Of a stretch of DNA of 64,000 nucleotides, positions 47,718-56,863 are shown piece after piece. The stretch's first letter is position 1. Each line of letters begins with the position of its first letter. The notes under the pieces are model-generated. The model saw only the letters and a program-made list of their open reading frames with translations. It did not search any database and was not told where the DNA came from. Made by a program: the position numbers and the translations under genes. The DNA is taken from IMG/VR virus record IMGVR_UViG_3300005748_000015, positions 32,001 to 96,000 of that record; one strand, written 5' to 3'. This DNA comes from a virus.

Positions 47718-49384
47718 ACTTCCCTCAAAAACTCTTTTATACTTTCTTTTTTAACACCCTCAATTGGCTGGAACTCTGTCTCAAGATATTTTTCAAGTGT
47801 TATTGAGTTATCTTTATTTACTTTTGTAATACGATCTGTTGGTTTGACTTTAATATTAGCTAATTTTGACAAGTCTTTTTTAATTTTACTAATCCAAGCA
47901 GATTTGCCTTCTAATATTACATAGTTACGAGCTTCTGGGTTAAGTTCTGGTAATTCTTCACCCTCTTTGACTTCGTAAGTTTTAATAGGCGTTACAACGT
48001 GATCTGTAGAAAAAAACTGTTTTTCTCTAGTTGTTCCATCCTCAGCATGGGTAATTATATAAAGACCTTTGGGTTGGTTGGCATCGGACATGGTATCCCA
48101 TTTAGGCGTTCCTGGGTAGAAACATTTTCCTACTTGTTGGCTTTTGTGGATATGCCCTGATATAATTTCTTGTTGCGGAACTAACGCAGGGTCAATTCCT
48201 TCCTCACTAAAAAATCCATTTTCATATTGAGCACCAGTAAACGTCTGGTGAGCAATAAGACAATTTGTAGCACCTTGTTCGTAAAGATATTCACAATCCT
48301 CTAAAAAACTTTTGTAATCTTCATAGTATGGCATATAGCCTATATTATCTATTTCTGTAGGTACGTCAATAATGTTTATATTATACTTGTATTGCTCATC
48401 TAAAAGAGATACAGAATTTAAACCAGCATTTTTTGATTGTCCTAAAATCATATCGTGATTTCCTACTAAGGCTATTATGTCGTATTGTTTTTGTATTTTT
48501 TTAAAAGTTTTTTTCCAAAAATCAAATATTTCTATTCTAATTACACCGTGGGTATGAAACAAATCTCCTAAAAAAACTATTGTGGATACGTTATTTTCTT
48601 TTGCTATTTTTATTATAAAATCTATTAATTTTTCACAATCTTTTAGGTTATTTATTTGTGAATGTGGATCACCTACGTATAAATATTTATTAAATTTTAT
48701 TTTGTTTTCTATATAGCTTTTTTTGTCTTTTATATAAAATGGTATTCTAATTAATTTTATGCCATTCTTTTTACAAATGTCGTTTTTTATTTCATCTCTA
48801 TTATTTATTGTAAAAAAATCTTCTTTAAAAAAATCAGTATTTTGAAAATGTTGTTTTCCATCGTATTCAAAAGCTAACTTTAACTCTTCACAATAGCCAT
48901 CTAATTCTAATTTTTTTCCTGTCTTATCATTTACAAGCCAGTCAGGTCTTTCTTTTGGAAATTTTTTTCCAGTGATGTCCTCAAATATTTCTCTACAATA
49001 TTCTTCGTTTTTGTATATTTTATTTTTTAAATGAGGTATTATTCCATTTACTTTAAAAGAAAACAGTGTAGTTTCATATTCTTTGTTGTCTGGGCCTAAA
49101 ACTTTTAATTTTCCTTTATTGCCATTGTATTTTGTAGATAGTAGTTTGTAACCTTTTTCTTCAAAAAAACCCCTGACTTCTTCTATGTTATATTGTCTTT
49201 TTCCTGCACAATAAGAACACCTATGACCTCTTTTAAAAACCTTAAAAGACATCGGAAAAACATGTCCCTTATCACATTCTATATCTAATTTTTGTAGTTG
49301 ACCTTCGTATTCATTAGAAAGTAATTTATACCCTTCTTTTTCTATAGTATTTTTGACATACTTTAAAGTGTGTTTATTTGGCAT
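47714..49384 (-). CDS. sbcD: SbcD/Mre11 nuclease fused to an N-terminal homing-type PD-(D/E)xK endonuclease
   Basis: N: CDKGH...CSYC, LELDGYCEELKLAFEYDGKQH, LIRIPF; C: VGDPH, LGDLFH, VGNHD, IAH, SGHIH, YPGTP. Confidence 0.85.
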   Translation of the reverse strand: MPNKHTLKYVKNTIEKEGYKLLSNEYEGQLQKLDIECDKGHVFPMSFKVFKRGHRCSYCAGKRQYNIEEVRGFFEEKGYKLLSTKYNGNKGKLKVLGPDNKEYETTLFSFKVNGIIPHLKNKIYKNEEYCREIFEDITGKKFPKERPDWLVNDKTGKKLELDGYCEELKLAFEYDGKQHFQNTDFFKEDFFTINNRDEIKNDICKKNGIKLIRIPFYIKDKKSYIENKIKFNKYLYVGDPHSQINNLKDCEKLIDFIIKIAKENNVSTIVFLGDLFHTHGVIRIEIFDFWKKTFKKIQKQYDIIALVGNHDMILGQSKNAGLNSVSLLDEQYKYNINIIDVPTEIDNIGYMPYYEDYKSFLEDCEYLYEQGATNCLIAHQTFTGAQYENGFFSEEGIDPALVPQQEIISGHIHKSQQVGKCFYPGTPKWDTMSDANQPKGLYIITHAEDGTTREKQFFSTDHVVTPIKTYEVKEGEELPELNPEARNYVILEGKSAWISKIKKDLSKLANIKVKPTDRITKVNKDNSITLEKYLETEFQPIEGVKKESIKEFLREV

Positions 49385-49407
49385 TTATTTCAACCCTTTT
49401 TTTATAT

Positions 49408-49734
49408 TTATTTATTATTTTCCTCGATAAACAAAACATCTTTCATATGCCCAACAACAAAGCCATCTGGAAACATATCTGACTCCATAATAGCTCGTGG
49501 CCATTTGTGTACATGCAATGTTTCTTCTTTAAAAAAAATTTTAGAGCCTTTTTCAATCACTCTAGTTTTATTATTACCCAAATCAACTACCGTGTCAAGT
49601 AAAAGTTCTAATGATTCTACGCCAATTTTTTGGGCGGCCATAGCAAAACCTGTAGCTGCCTGTGTTGCTTTTAATTCTTTAGCTTTTCTAAACGGTGTCA
49701 AAACTAAATTTCCATTTAATGAATAAGTACTCAT
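49408..49734 (-). CDS. Divergent GroES-like co-chaperonin
   Basis: SLNGNLVL, mobile-loop-like ATGFAM, IEKGSKIFF, terminal KDVLFI; 108 aa. Confidence 0.5.
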   Translation of the reverse strand: MSTYSLNGNLVLTPFRKAKELKATQAATGFAMAAQKIGVESLELLLDTVVDLGNNKTRVIEKGSKIFFKEETLHVHKWPRAIMESDMFPDGFVVGHMKDVLFIEENNK

Positions 49735-50762
49735 AAGTCTACTCCTTTAAGTTTAATAATTTTTCTTTCTATTATTTTTAAATTTTTACATTGAACTAAT
49801 ACGTTTTTTAACAAATCTGCTTTTTCTATAGTTGATTCCACTATGTTTTCTTCTTCAAAATAAGTATCATATACTGAAAAACCTTCTTCATCAATTTCTG
49901 TTTCAACACTTTTCATATCCGAACCATTTAATAAATTTTCAAGCTCATACATTTCTAGCTGTCTTTTATCATCATTATCTTTTAAATAACCATTGATTGC
50001 ATCTAATAATACTTCTGAATCTTCAATTTTTTCACGACTTTTTAACAAGTTAGCTTTGTATATAATTTTTTTATCTGATGGATAATAGTGGAGTGAAGTT
50101 TGATTGTACAATTCCATAATGTTACTTTTCATACGACCAATACAAACACTTCTAAATACAGTCCTAAAAGGCCCTACCCATTTGTCTACCCCAATACACA
50201 AGCCTGACATTGAAGCGTTAATCATATCCATTAATGTAAGATGGCTTTTAGGTACGGCTTTATAAAATTTCATAGCCTCATTGATAGCAAGCGGCATACT
50301 ATTTTCAATTATTTTTTGCCTTATATATTGATGTTCATTCCAATTTTTTAAAGCTTTAGCTGGTAGATTACCTCTCCAATTTTCAATTACAAATTTCATA
50401 AACTTGTAATTTATATTAAAATCTTTAATTCTTTGAACATCATCTTTTTTAAAAGCTGGCGATATATATGTACCAAATGTTTTAGAATCCTCTCTAAAAA
50501 AAGGCCTAGCTGTTAAAATATTTCCACGTTCAATTTTAATATACATTAAAAATTTTTGATATATCTTATCGCTTTGTTTGTAGGAGTTTATATTTTTTTT
50601 AAAGTTTTTTTCTAGCTCCATCATGCGTTCAACTTGAGCTTTTTGTTGTGCAGTAAATTCTTTTCTAGTAAGTTTTTTACCATTATTATTATCTTTCAAT
50701 ATCTTGGCAATGCCGTTGGCCAAGTTATAAAAAACTGGATCGTTAACTTTTTTTCTTGCCAT
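49731..50762 (-). CDS. RNA polymerase sigma-70-like factor lacking region 4.2
   Basis: IRQKIIENSMPLAINEAMKF...LMDMINASMSGLCIGVDKW...FRSVCIGRM (region 2); ends LKIIERKIIKLKGVDL (4.1 only). Confidence 0.75.
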   Translation of the reverse strand: MARKKVNDPVFYNLANGIAKILKDNNNGKKLTRKEFTAQQKAQVERMMELEKNFKKNINSYKQSDKIYQKFLMYIKIERGNILTARPFFREDSKTFGTYISPAFKKDDVQRIKDFNINYKFMKFVIENWRGNLPAKALKNWNEHQYIRQKIIENSMPLAINEAMKFYKAVPKSHLTLMDMINASMSGLCIGVDKWVGPFRTVFRSVCIGRMKSNIMELYNQTSLHYYPSDKKIIYKANLLKSREKIEDSEVLLDAINGYLKDNDDKRQLEMYELENLLNGSDMKSVETEIDEEGFSVYDTYFEEENIVESTIEKADLLKNVLVQCKNLKIIERKIIKLKGVDL

Positions 50763-53320
50763 TAATTTACCTTAATATATTTTATATTTTTATCTGTTTC
50801 TTTGTACATTTTTATTCTTTTGTTTAAGTGAGACTCCATAAGAGGCACGTTAGTTATTTTAAAATCATAAATTTTAGAAAAAGGTTTTGGCTTGTGTAAG
50901 TCTGCATACTCACTATTTTCTAAAATTCTTACACTTCTTCCTACAGCACCTTGTTTGGTTCTTACTTCAGAACTACCGCCTACCCAATTTACTGTATTGT
51001 GCGTACAATAAATATTTGTTCCCGTTGCAATACAGCTTGTACCAATTAAAACCTTTACTACTCCACGATTAAAAGCCTCAACAGTTTCATCGACCTTTTT
51101 AGTTTGAAGGCCAAATTTAGTAGCATCTGCTTTTGATGCAGAGTGAACGTATTCATATGGAACATCCAATCTGTCAGTTAACATTTTGATTTGCTCTAAC
51201 TCTTCCACTAAAATTAAAGTTGATTCTTGAGAGTATTTCCAAGCACCATTAGCAATTTTAGCTGTAATATCAGCAATGTTTGAATTGTACAAGAATTGTT
51301 TTCTTTTGGCTTTTAGTGGGTCTTTGTATTTTTTTGAATCCTTACTTATAGTTTCAAACACAAAAAATTTAACAGGACAAATATACCCACCATCAACCGC
51401 TTCTTTAGTTGACAGCTCATGAACTTTCTTGCCAATGATGGCCTCTAAAAGTTTATCCTTACCATCCCCTCTAACCTGAGTGCCTGAAAGAAAAAATCTA
51501 TAAGGAACATTTTTAAGTACTCCATGAAAAGTGGCTTCAAGGGTATTTGCAGCATTTAGATGGCTCTCGTCACTAATGATAACATCTGCATTTGCAAAAA
51601 AATCATATTCAGGCGTACCTTCCTTAAGCATTGTCAAAGATTTTGATACGCACACTGTAAACTTTTTTCCAATCTTTTTCTTACCAGCTCCGTAAGCACC
51701 GACATGGGTTTTGCCGAAGTGGTATTCAAACTTTTTGAGCATCTCTAAAAAAATAGATTTACTTGGTGTTACAATGACAGTATTTAATCCAAGTTCACGA
51801 GCGAGTGTCAATATAATAGCTGTTTTACCTGAATTATGAGTTACAGTAAAGTCATCCATTACGTACAAATTATCGCTATCTACTTCAAAACCAAAATACT
51901 CATCTTCTGGAAGTTCCTCTACTTTAAAACCAGTTCTTAATACACTTTTTATTTGTTTTCTTTTTTTAGCCTTTTTTCTTTCTAGTAAAACTGGTATTCT
52001 ATCTATATCTCCAGATATAGTAACTCTGTAATAAACACCCTCAGTTCCATTTTGACTTTTCTTTTTTTCTTCTTTCTGATATGCGGCAAAACCCAAAGAC
52101 CTAGCTACAAAAAGTATATCATCGGATAGATTTTTATTTTTTTGGGTAATTTCATAATAGTTGTTACCTAAATAACCATCTGAATCAATTAATCCTGCTA
52201 GTATTTTTAGTCTTTTTTCTTCGGAATTTACTTTAAAATCTTCTGGAATATGTTTGTTAAGTATTAAGCTGTAATGTTTTAGATTATTTCTTAACACATT
52301 AAAACCCTTACCTCTTAATGGACTGTACATGTAAAGTGTTTTTGCTAGATTTTTTTCCGATATTTCCTCTTCTCTTATATTTAACCCTAATTGTTTTGCG
52401 TATTTAACCCATTCTTTTTTTAGCTCCTTATCCATCGTGGTCAGTGATGGCCCATCTGAGTTTCCATCTCCAAGCCATAATCCTAATATATATGGGTCAA
52501 TTGCGGTTAATTTTTCTTCAAAAACAACACCTGTTCTATATAGTTTGTATCTGTGTTTAAACGACTTCGTTTGTTTTAAATAGTCTTTAACAGAAATGTT
52601 TACAATTGGGTTTGTTCCCTTAAAATCTTTTCTTCTTTTTTTATCTTCAACTCTGTATTGTGATCGATTGTTTGTTCTTTGTAATGACAAAATATGCCCC
52701 ATATTTACAACAAAAGACTCGCCCTTAACTGGAATTATTTTTGCCATTTTTTCTTTACCCCTGTGTAGTTTTAGTACCTTACGAGGTTTTGAATCTGACC
52801 CCATTAACAAATCTCCAACAACAACATTTTCCACTTTTTTTAAGGAGCCGTCATACATTAATATTTTTTGACCTTTTGCGTGACACCCTGTACATAACTC
52901 TACACACCCATGTTTTGCCTCTATCAATTTTTCAACTGATTGCTTTTGGTACGGATACAACTCAAATGAAAGTGGTTTCCTCCAGGCTATCTTGCGAGAC
53001 TCAGGATAGTTTATTTTTTCAAGCTCTTCAAAGCTAAACCCTTGTAAATAGGGAATAGAACCCGGATGAAAAAAATGACTATTCTCTTGATGATCATATT
53101 TTAACATACAAGTTGATAATTTTTTTTCAAGTTCTTGCTTTCTTTTTCTAAATGTATCAGGGTAATTTAGCTGTAACCACTTGTTTTCTTTGAGTTTTTT
53201 TAAATTAAAAGCTACAGAGGTATCGCTATACGTCAACTCTTTACACAAGAGATTTAGCGTACTTGAGTCGCATTCTTCTATTAAGGTTTTTGTTGGTGAT
53301 ACTGTTTTAATCTTTATCAT
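50762..53320 (-). CDS. SF2 helicase (UvsW-like) with intein
   Basis: LYPYQ, CTG|SGKT, DESH, SGT, ATGTN, QGAVGR; start moved to MIKIKT because the longer start overlaps clpX and a promoter. Confidence 0.88.
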   Translation of the reverse strand: MIKIKTVSPTKTLIEECDSSTLNLLCKELTYSDTSVAFNLKKLKENKWLQLNYPDTFRKRKQELEKKLSTCMLKYDHQENSHFFHPGSIPYLQGFSFEELEKINYPESRKIAWRKPLSFELYPYQKQSVEKLIEAKHGCVELCTGCHAKGQKILMYDGSLKKVENVVVGDLLMGSDSKPRKVLKLHRGKEKMAKIIPVKGESFVVNMGHILSLQRTNNRSQYRVEDKKRRKDFKGTNPIVNISVKDYLKQTKSFKHRYKLYRTGVVFEEKLTAIDPYILGLWLGDGNSDGPSLTTMDKELKKEWVKYAKQLGLNIREEEISEKNLAKTLYMYSPLRGKGFNVLRNNLKHYSLILNKHIPEDFKVNSEEKRLKILAGLIDSDGYLGNNYYEITQKNKNLSDDILFVARSLGFAAYQKEEKKKSQNGTEGVYYRVTISGDIDRIPVLLERKKAKKRKQIKSVLRTGFKVEELPEDEYFGFEVDSDNLYVMDDFTVTHNSGKTAIILTLARELGLNTVIVTPSKSIFLEMLKKFEYHFGKTHVGAYGAGKKKIGKKFTVCVSKSLTMLKEGTPEYDFFANADVIISDESHLNAANTLEATFHGVLKNVPYRFFLSGTQVRGDGKDKLLEAIIGKKVHELSTKEAVDGGYICPVKFFVFETISKDSKKYKDPLKAKRKQFLYNSNIADITAKIANGAWKYSQESTLILVEELEQIKMLTDRLDVPYEYVHSASKADATKFGLQTKKVDETVEAFNRGVVKVLIGTSCIATGTNIYCTHNTVNWVGGSSEVRTKQGAVGRSVRILENSEYADLHKPKPFSKIYDFKITNVPLMESHLNKRIKMYKETDKNIKYIKVN
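51833..52885 (-). mobile_element. Intein (351 aa) with LAGLIDADG endonuclease in helicase Walker A
   Basis: CTG|CHAKG...LGLWLGDG...LAGLIDSDG...FTVTHN|SGKT. Confidence 0.92.
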
Positions 53321-53328
53321 ATAACTAT

Positions 53329-53339
53329 ATAGTATCACA
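53329..53339 (-). promoter_or_regulatory. Extended -10 promoter TGTGATACTAT, 8 nt before helicase ATG
   Basis: Repeated motif; no SD. Confidence 0.55.
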
Positions 53340-53353
53340 CAAAAAGTAAAAAA

Positions 53354-54298
53354 ATGATAAAAAAGCCCAAACAGATTAAGAAAGAATTGGATAAGTATGT
53401 TATTGGACAAGATGATGCTAAAAAAAAGTTAAGCGTGGCTGCTTATAATCATTTAAAAAGAATAAAAGGTCAAAAATGTAAAAAAAATAATTTACTTTTT
53501 ATTGGGCCTACTGGGTGTGGAAAAACCTACATGGTTTCAAAATTATCTAAAATAATAGACACTCCTTTTTTAACTGTAGACGCTACTAGTTTTACCTCTG
53601 CTGGATATGAAGGTAGAAGTGTTGAAGAAATTGTTACAGATTTAATATTTATTTGTGAAGATAATCAAAAAAAAGCTGAAAAATCAATAGTTTACATAGA
53701 TGAAATTGACAAGGTTAGAAAAAATAATAAAGATTCAGATGTCAATGGTGCTGGTGTGCAACAATCTTTGCTTAAATTAATAGAAGGGTTTGAGGTATCT
53801 TACGCTTCTAAAAAATCAAAAAATGGCGAGTGTGACAGTAAGTTTGATACTAAAAATATTTTGTTTATATGCTCTGGAGCTTTTGAAGGTTTGGAAAATT
53901 TTGATACAAAATCACTAATAGAATTTGGTATGATGCCAGAATTTTTAGGTAGATTTTCTTCGGTAAGTAAGCTGGAAAAATTAAACAAGGAAGACTATAA
54001 ACAAATATTGTTGCATTCAAAAGATTCTATTTTGGTAGATTTTAAAAACTGGTTTAAAAGTGAAAACTGCGAACTGGTAGTATCAGATGATGCTATTAAT
54101 TTTATAGCAGAAAAGGCTGAACAAAAAGGCTTGGGAGCACGAGGCTTACATGGCATCTTAGATGATATTTTTTTAGACATACAATTTGAATTACCCAGTA
54201 TGCTGATAAAACCTCATTTTTTTCTACTAGACAAAGAGGCTATTGAAAAAAACAAACTAAAAAAAGGGTATAGAAAAAATGAAAACTTACAAGTATAG
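53354..54298 (+). CDS. clpX: ClpX-like AAA+ unfoldase lacking the zinc-binding domain and IGF loop
   Basis: LDKYVIGQ, GPTGCGKT, AGYEG, YIDEIDK, GVQQSLLKLIEG, FICSGAF, PEFLGRF, GARGL. Confidence 0.9.
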   Translation: MIKKPKQIKKELDKYVIGQDDAKKKLSVAAYNHLKRIKGQKCKKNNLLFIGPTGCGKTYMVSKLSKIIDTPFLTVDATSFTSAGYEGRSVEEIVTDLIFICEDNQKKAEKSIVYIDEIDKVRKNNKDSDVNGAGVQQSLLKLIEGFEVSYASKKSKNGECDSKFDTKNILFICSGAFEGLENFDTKSLIEFGMMPEFLGRFSSVSKLEKLNKEDYKQILLHSKDSILVDFKNWFKSENCELVVSDDAINFIAEKAEQKGLGARGLHGILDDIFLDIQFELPSMLIKPHFFLLDKEAIEKNKLKKGYRKNENLQV

Positions 54299-54701
54299 CT
54301 CCAAATCAGCAGCTAAATTGGCCACCTGTCACCCTGATATTCAAAAATTACTAAACAAAGCTATAAAATATTACGATATAACTATCTTAGAGGGTGTTCG
54401 CAGCTTAGAACGTCAGGAAGAACTTGTACGTACTGGCATGTCAAAGACTATGAATTCTAAACATCTAAAACAAGACGATGGATATTCTCATGCTGTTGAT
54501 TGTGCTCTGTGGCCAATTGATTGGAATGACCGTGAAAGATTTGTCTTTTTACAAGGGTATTTAAAAGGCCTTGCCGATGTCCTATATGAAGCTGGTGAAA
54601 TTACTCATAAACTTCGCCTTGGGGTTGATTGGGATGGCGATGGCAATATCAAAGAACATTCTTTCTTTGATGGGCCGCACATTGAGCTTATTTTAGTTTA
54701 A
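54279..54701 (+). CDS. Endolysin, M15 L-alanyl-D-glutamate peptidase (T5 Lys-like)
   Basis: EGVRSLERQ, SKTMNSKHL, SHAVD, FFDGPHIEL. Confidence 0.9.
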   Translation: MKTYKYSSKSAAKLATCHPDIQKLLNKAIKYYDITILEGVRSLERQEELVRTGMSKTMNSKHLKQDDGYSHAVDCALWPIDWNDRERFVFLQGYLKGLADVLYEAGEITHKLRLGVDWDGDGNIKEHSFFDGPHIELILV

Positions 54702-55243
54702 GCATAAGACTTCCAAAGCGGTCTACCCATAAACTTTTCTGCTAACTCGTAAGCATCTTTTTCCCACGGCAATGCTGTGTAGTGATATTCTTCAGCCAAT
54801 TTGCCAGACTTTTCTCTGATTTTATTAAATAAGTCTACCTTAAAAGGTGCTCGTCTATGTTTTACACCTTTATATACTAAATAGTTACCACCAAATGATA
54901 CCCACATTTGTCTAGATTGGATTTGTTTTACATGTACAAGTTCGTGACATGCTAAGTGTGCGATATTCATTGGACTTCTAGGGTTTACAAATTCAACAAA
55001 ATTATATGGGTTAAAATACATTTGTCCTAACGTCTTATTGTACATATCGTTAAAACCACCAAATAAACCTGGTGATTCGTATCTATTTCTAGTTTTTCTC
55101 ATATCAACAATAATATCTAAAAGTCGAATATCGTGCAGTTGGCAAAATTCTTTTATTAAAGCTTCGCATTTTTTTGTATTTGCTTTTGTCATCTTGTTAC
55201 AAATAAAATGAATTCTAGGTTCTTGATTGTAATAATGAAACAT
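54698..55243 (-). CDS. HExxH zinc metallopeptidase-like protein
   Basis: CHELVHVKQ...PWEKDAY. Confidence 0.75.
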   Translation of the reverse strand: MFHYYNQEPRIHFICNKMTKANTKKCEALIKEFCQLHDIRLLDIIVDMRKTRNRYESPGLFGGFNDMYNKTLGQMYFNPYNFVEFVNPRSPMNIAHLACHELVHVKQIQSRQMWVSFGGNYLVYKGVKHRRAPFKVDLFNKIREKSGKLAEEYHYTALPWEKDAYELAEKFMGRPLWKSYA

Positions 55244-56304
55244 TATGCCACCTCCACAGTCATATTATGACCATTGTAATTTACAAATATATCTTTACGC
55301 ATCATAGCTTTTATTTTGTGTAACATAATAACTTGATTGTTAAAATCTCTTGTACTTTTATCTCCACACCTGTAATAAAACTTTTTGATATTATCTGGAT
55401 GCTTTCTTAAAACCCTAGCAAATAACTGATTAGATATATCAACATCAGGACTACATCTAAGATCAAACAATCCTGTAATGTTATTATCACTAAAACCTAA
55501 AATACCACGCATAACAACTACTAGGGTATCATACTTTCCATCTTTAAAGTCTTTGACCATTGTATTGTTTTTGTCATTTTTGTGAGTTGACAATGCAACT
55601 TTACGCCCAGACTTTTGTAAATAATATGCAACATTATTTGCTTCGTTAACAGTATTTACTGCAATCATTATTTTAGATAAATTTTGACCTTTCTTTTTGG
55701 CATGGTTGAGCATCGAATATAAAGTCTTCTTGATGTTTTTCTTGTACTCAACAGGTACAACATCCATTGTAACAGAAGAGAAAACATCGTTACCCATAAG
55801 ATCGTTTCCGCAGATGTAAGTAATTGCATATTTTTCTCCTTGTTTTTTTAACAAATTAAATTGAGATGGCGATCCTGTTAGCAAAACTTGATGCTTAGGC
55901 TTAAGTATTTTTATAATTTTTTGAACCATAGGTTTTAGGTAATACTCATGGCACTCATCAACTACAAGCAAATCAATTTTTTCTAAAGGAAGTTTTTTTA
56001 TAGAATGAGGTAATCCAACAAGTACTTGAGCACCAGAATCAAACTCACCAAATGTAAAGTTAATATTAACATGAGGCTCTTGTAAACTTTCAATGTATTG
56101 ATTTTTAAGGATATTCTGTCCGTGAGTAAGTACTACCACACGTGCATCAGGATATTTTTCAATATATCTTGAGATCACAATATGTGATATCGTGGTCTTA
56201 CCGGAACCTGGTGCAGCAGCAAGAACGGCTGCTTTAGTAAACATTTTAAGGGTATTCTTAAAAACTTTATTTGCTGTGTGAATTTGATAGCTGTAGTCAC
56301 TCAT
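55243..56304 (-). CDS. SF2 (DExH) helicase
   Basis: YSYQ, AAPGSGKT, VDECH, LTGSP, QLFARVLR; start moved to MSDYSY. Confidence 0.85.
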   Translation of the reverse strand: MSDYSYQIHTANKVFKNTLKMFTKAAVLAAAPGSGKTTISHIVISRYIEKYPDARVVVLTHGQNILKNQYIESLQEPHVNINFTFGEFDSGAQVLVGLPHSIKKLPLEKIDLLVVDECHEYYLKPMVQKIIKILKPKHQVLLTGSPSQFNLLKKQGEKYAITYICGNDLMGNDVFSSVTMDVVPVEYKKNIKKTLYSMLNHAKKKGQNLSKIMIAVNTVNEANNVAYYLQKSGRKVALSTHKNDKNNTMVKDFKDGKYDTLVVVMRGILGFSDNNITGLFDLRCSPDVDISNQLFARVLRKHPDNIKKFYYRCGDKSTRDFNNQVIMLHKIKAMMRKDIFVNYNGHNMTVEVA

Positions 56305-56310
56305 AAATAT

Positions 56311-56321
56311 ATGATACCACA
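56311..56321 (-). promoter_or_regulatory. Extended -10 promoter TGTGGTATCAT (with -35 TTGCAT), 6 nt before helicase ATG
   Basis: Repeated motif; no SD. Confidence 0.55.
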
Positions 56322-56351
56322 CCTTATGGAATATGCAATAAAAAAATTGTT

Positions 56352-56855
56352 TTAATATTCTCCAGTTGCTTCGCCATCACCCTCAAGCTCTGAACCTTCT
56401 TCATCCCACTTTTTTAGAATTGAATTTACTTTTTTTATTCTGCTATCTTTTGATTCTTTTTTTTCTTGTTTTTTATTTTGATGAAAAGATTTCAGTAGGT
56501 TAGCGTAATTTTTCTTTTCTTCTTCGCTTTTAACATACTGCTCAAGCTCATCAATACTAGCATCAAGCTCGTTAGCACCACCCTCTTCTGGAGCAGCTTG
56601 CATCTCTTCTGGTGGAGCTTCCATTCCTGGCTGCCCTTCTTCTGGTGGCAATTCTCCACCACCTTCCATGCCCGGCTCACCGCCCTGCATACCCATAGCA
56701 GCAGCTTCTTGCATTTGTTGAAGTTGCATTTCCATATCCATAATTTTTTGATTTTTTTGCCCTTCTTGTACGCCAAGTCTAAAAGCAACATCAATTGCAT
56801 TCATATATTTTGAACGTAACTCGTAATACTTTTGTCTCCAATTTACTTTAGACAT
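56352..56855 (-). CDS. Low-complexity protein next to portal (possible scaffold/prohead core protein)
   Basis: Q/M/E/G/P-rich; position downstream of portal. Confidence 0.5.
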   Translation of the reverse strand: MSKVNWRQKYYELRSKYMNAIDVAFRLGVQEGQKNQKIMDMEMQLQQMQEAAAMGMQGGEPGMEGGGELPPEEGQPGMEAPPEEMQAAPEEGGANELDASIDELEQYVKSEEEKKNYANLLKSFHQNKKQEKKESKDSRIKKVNSILKKWDEEGSELEGDGEATGEY

Positions 56856-56863
56856 ATTTACTC

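Noticed and set aside
53321-53410. Hydrophobic N-terminal extension of the SF2 helicase (apparent TM helix)
   Set aside because: It overlaps clpX antisense and a promoter motif; the true start is probably 53320.
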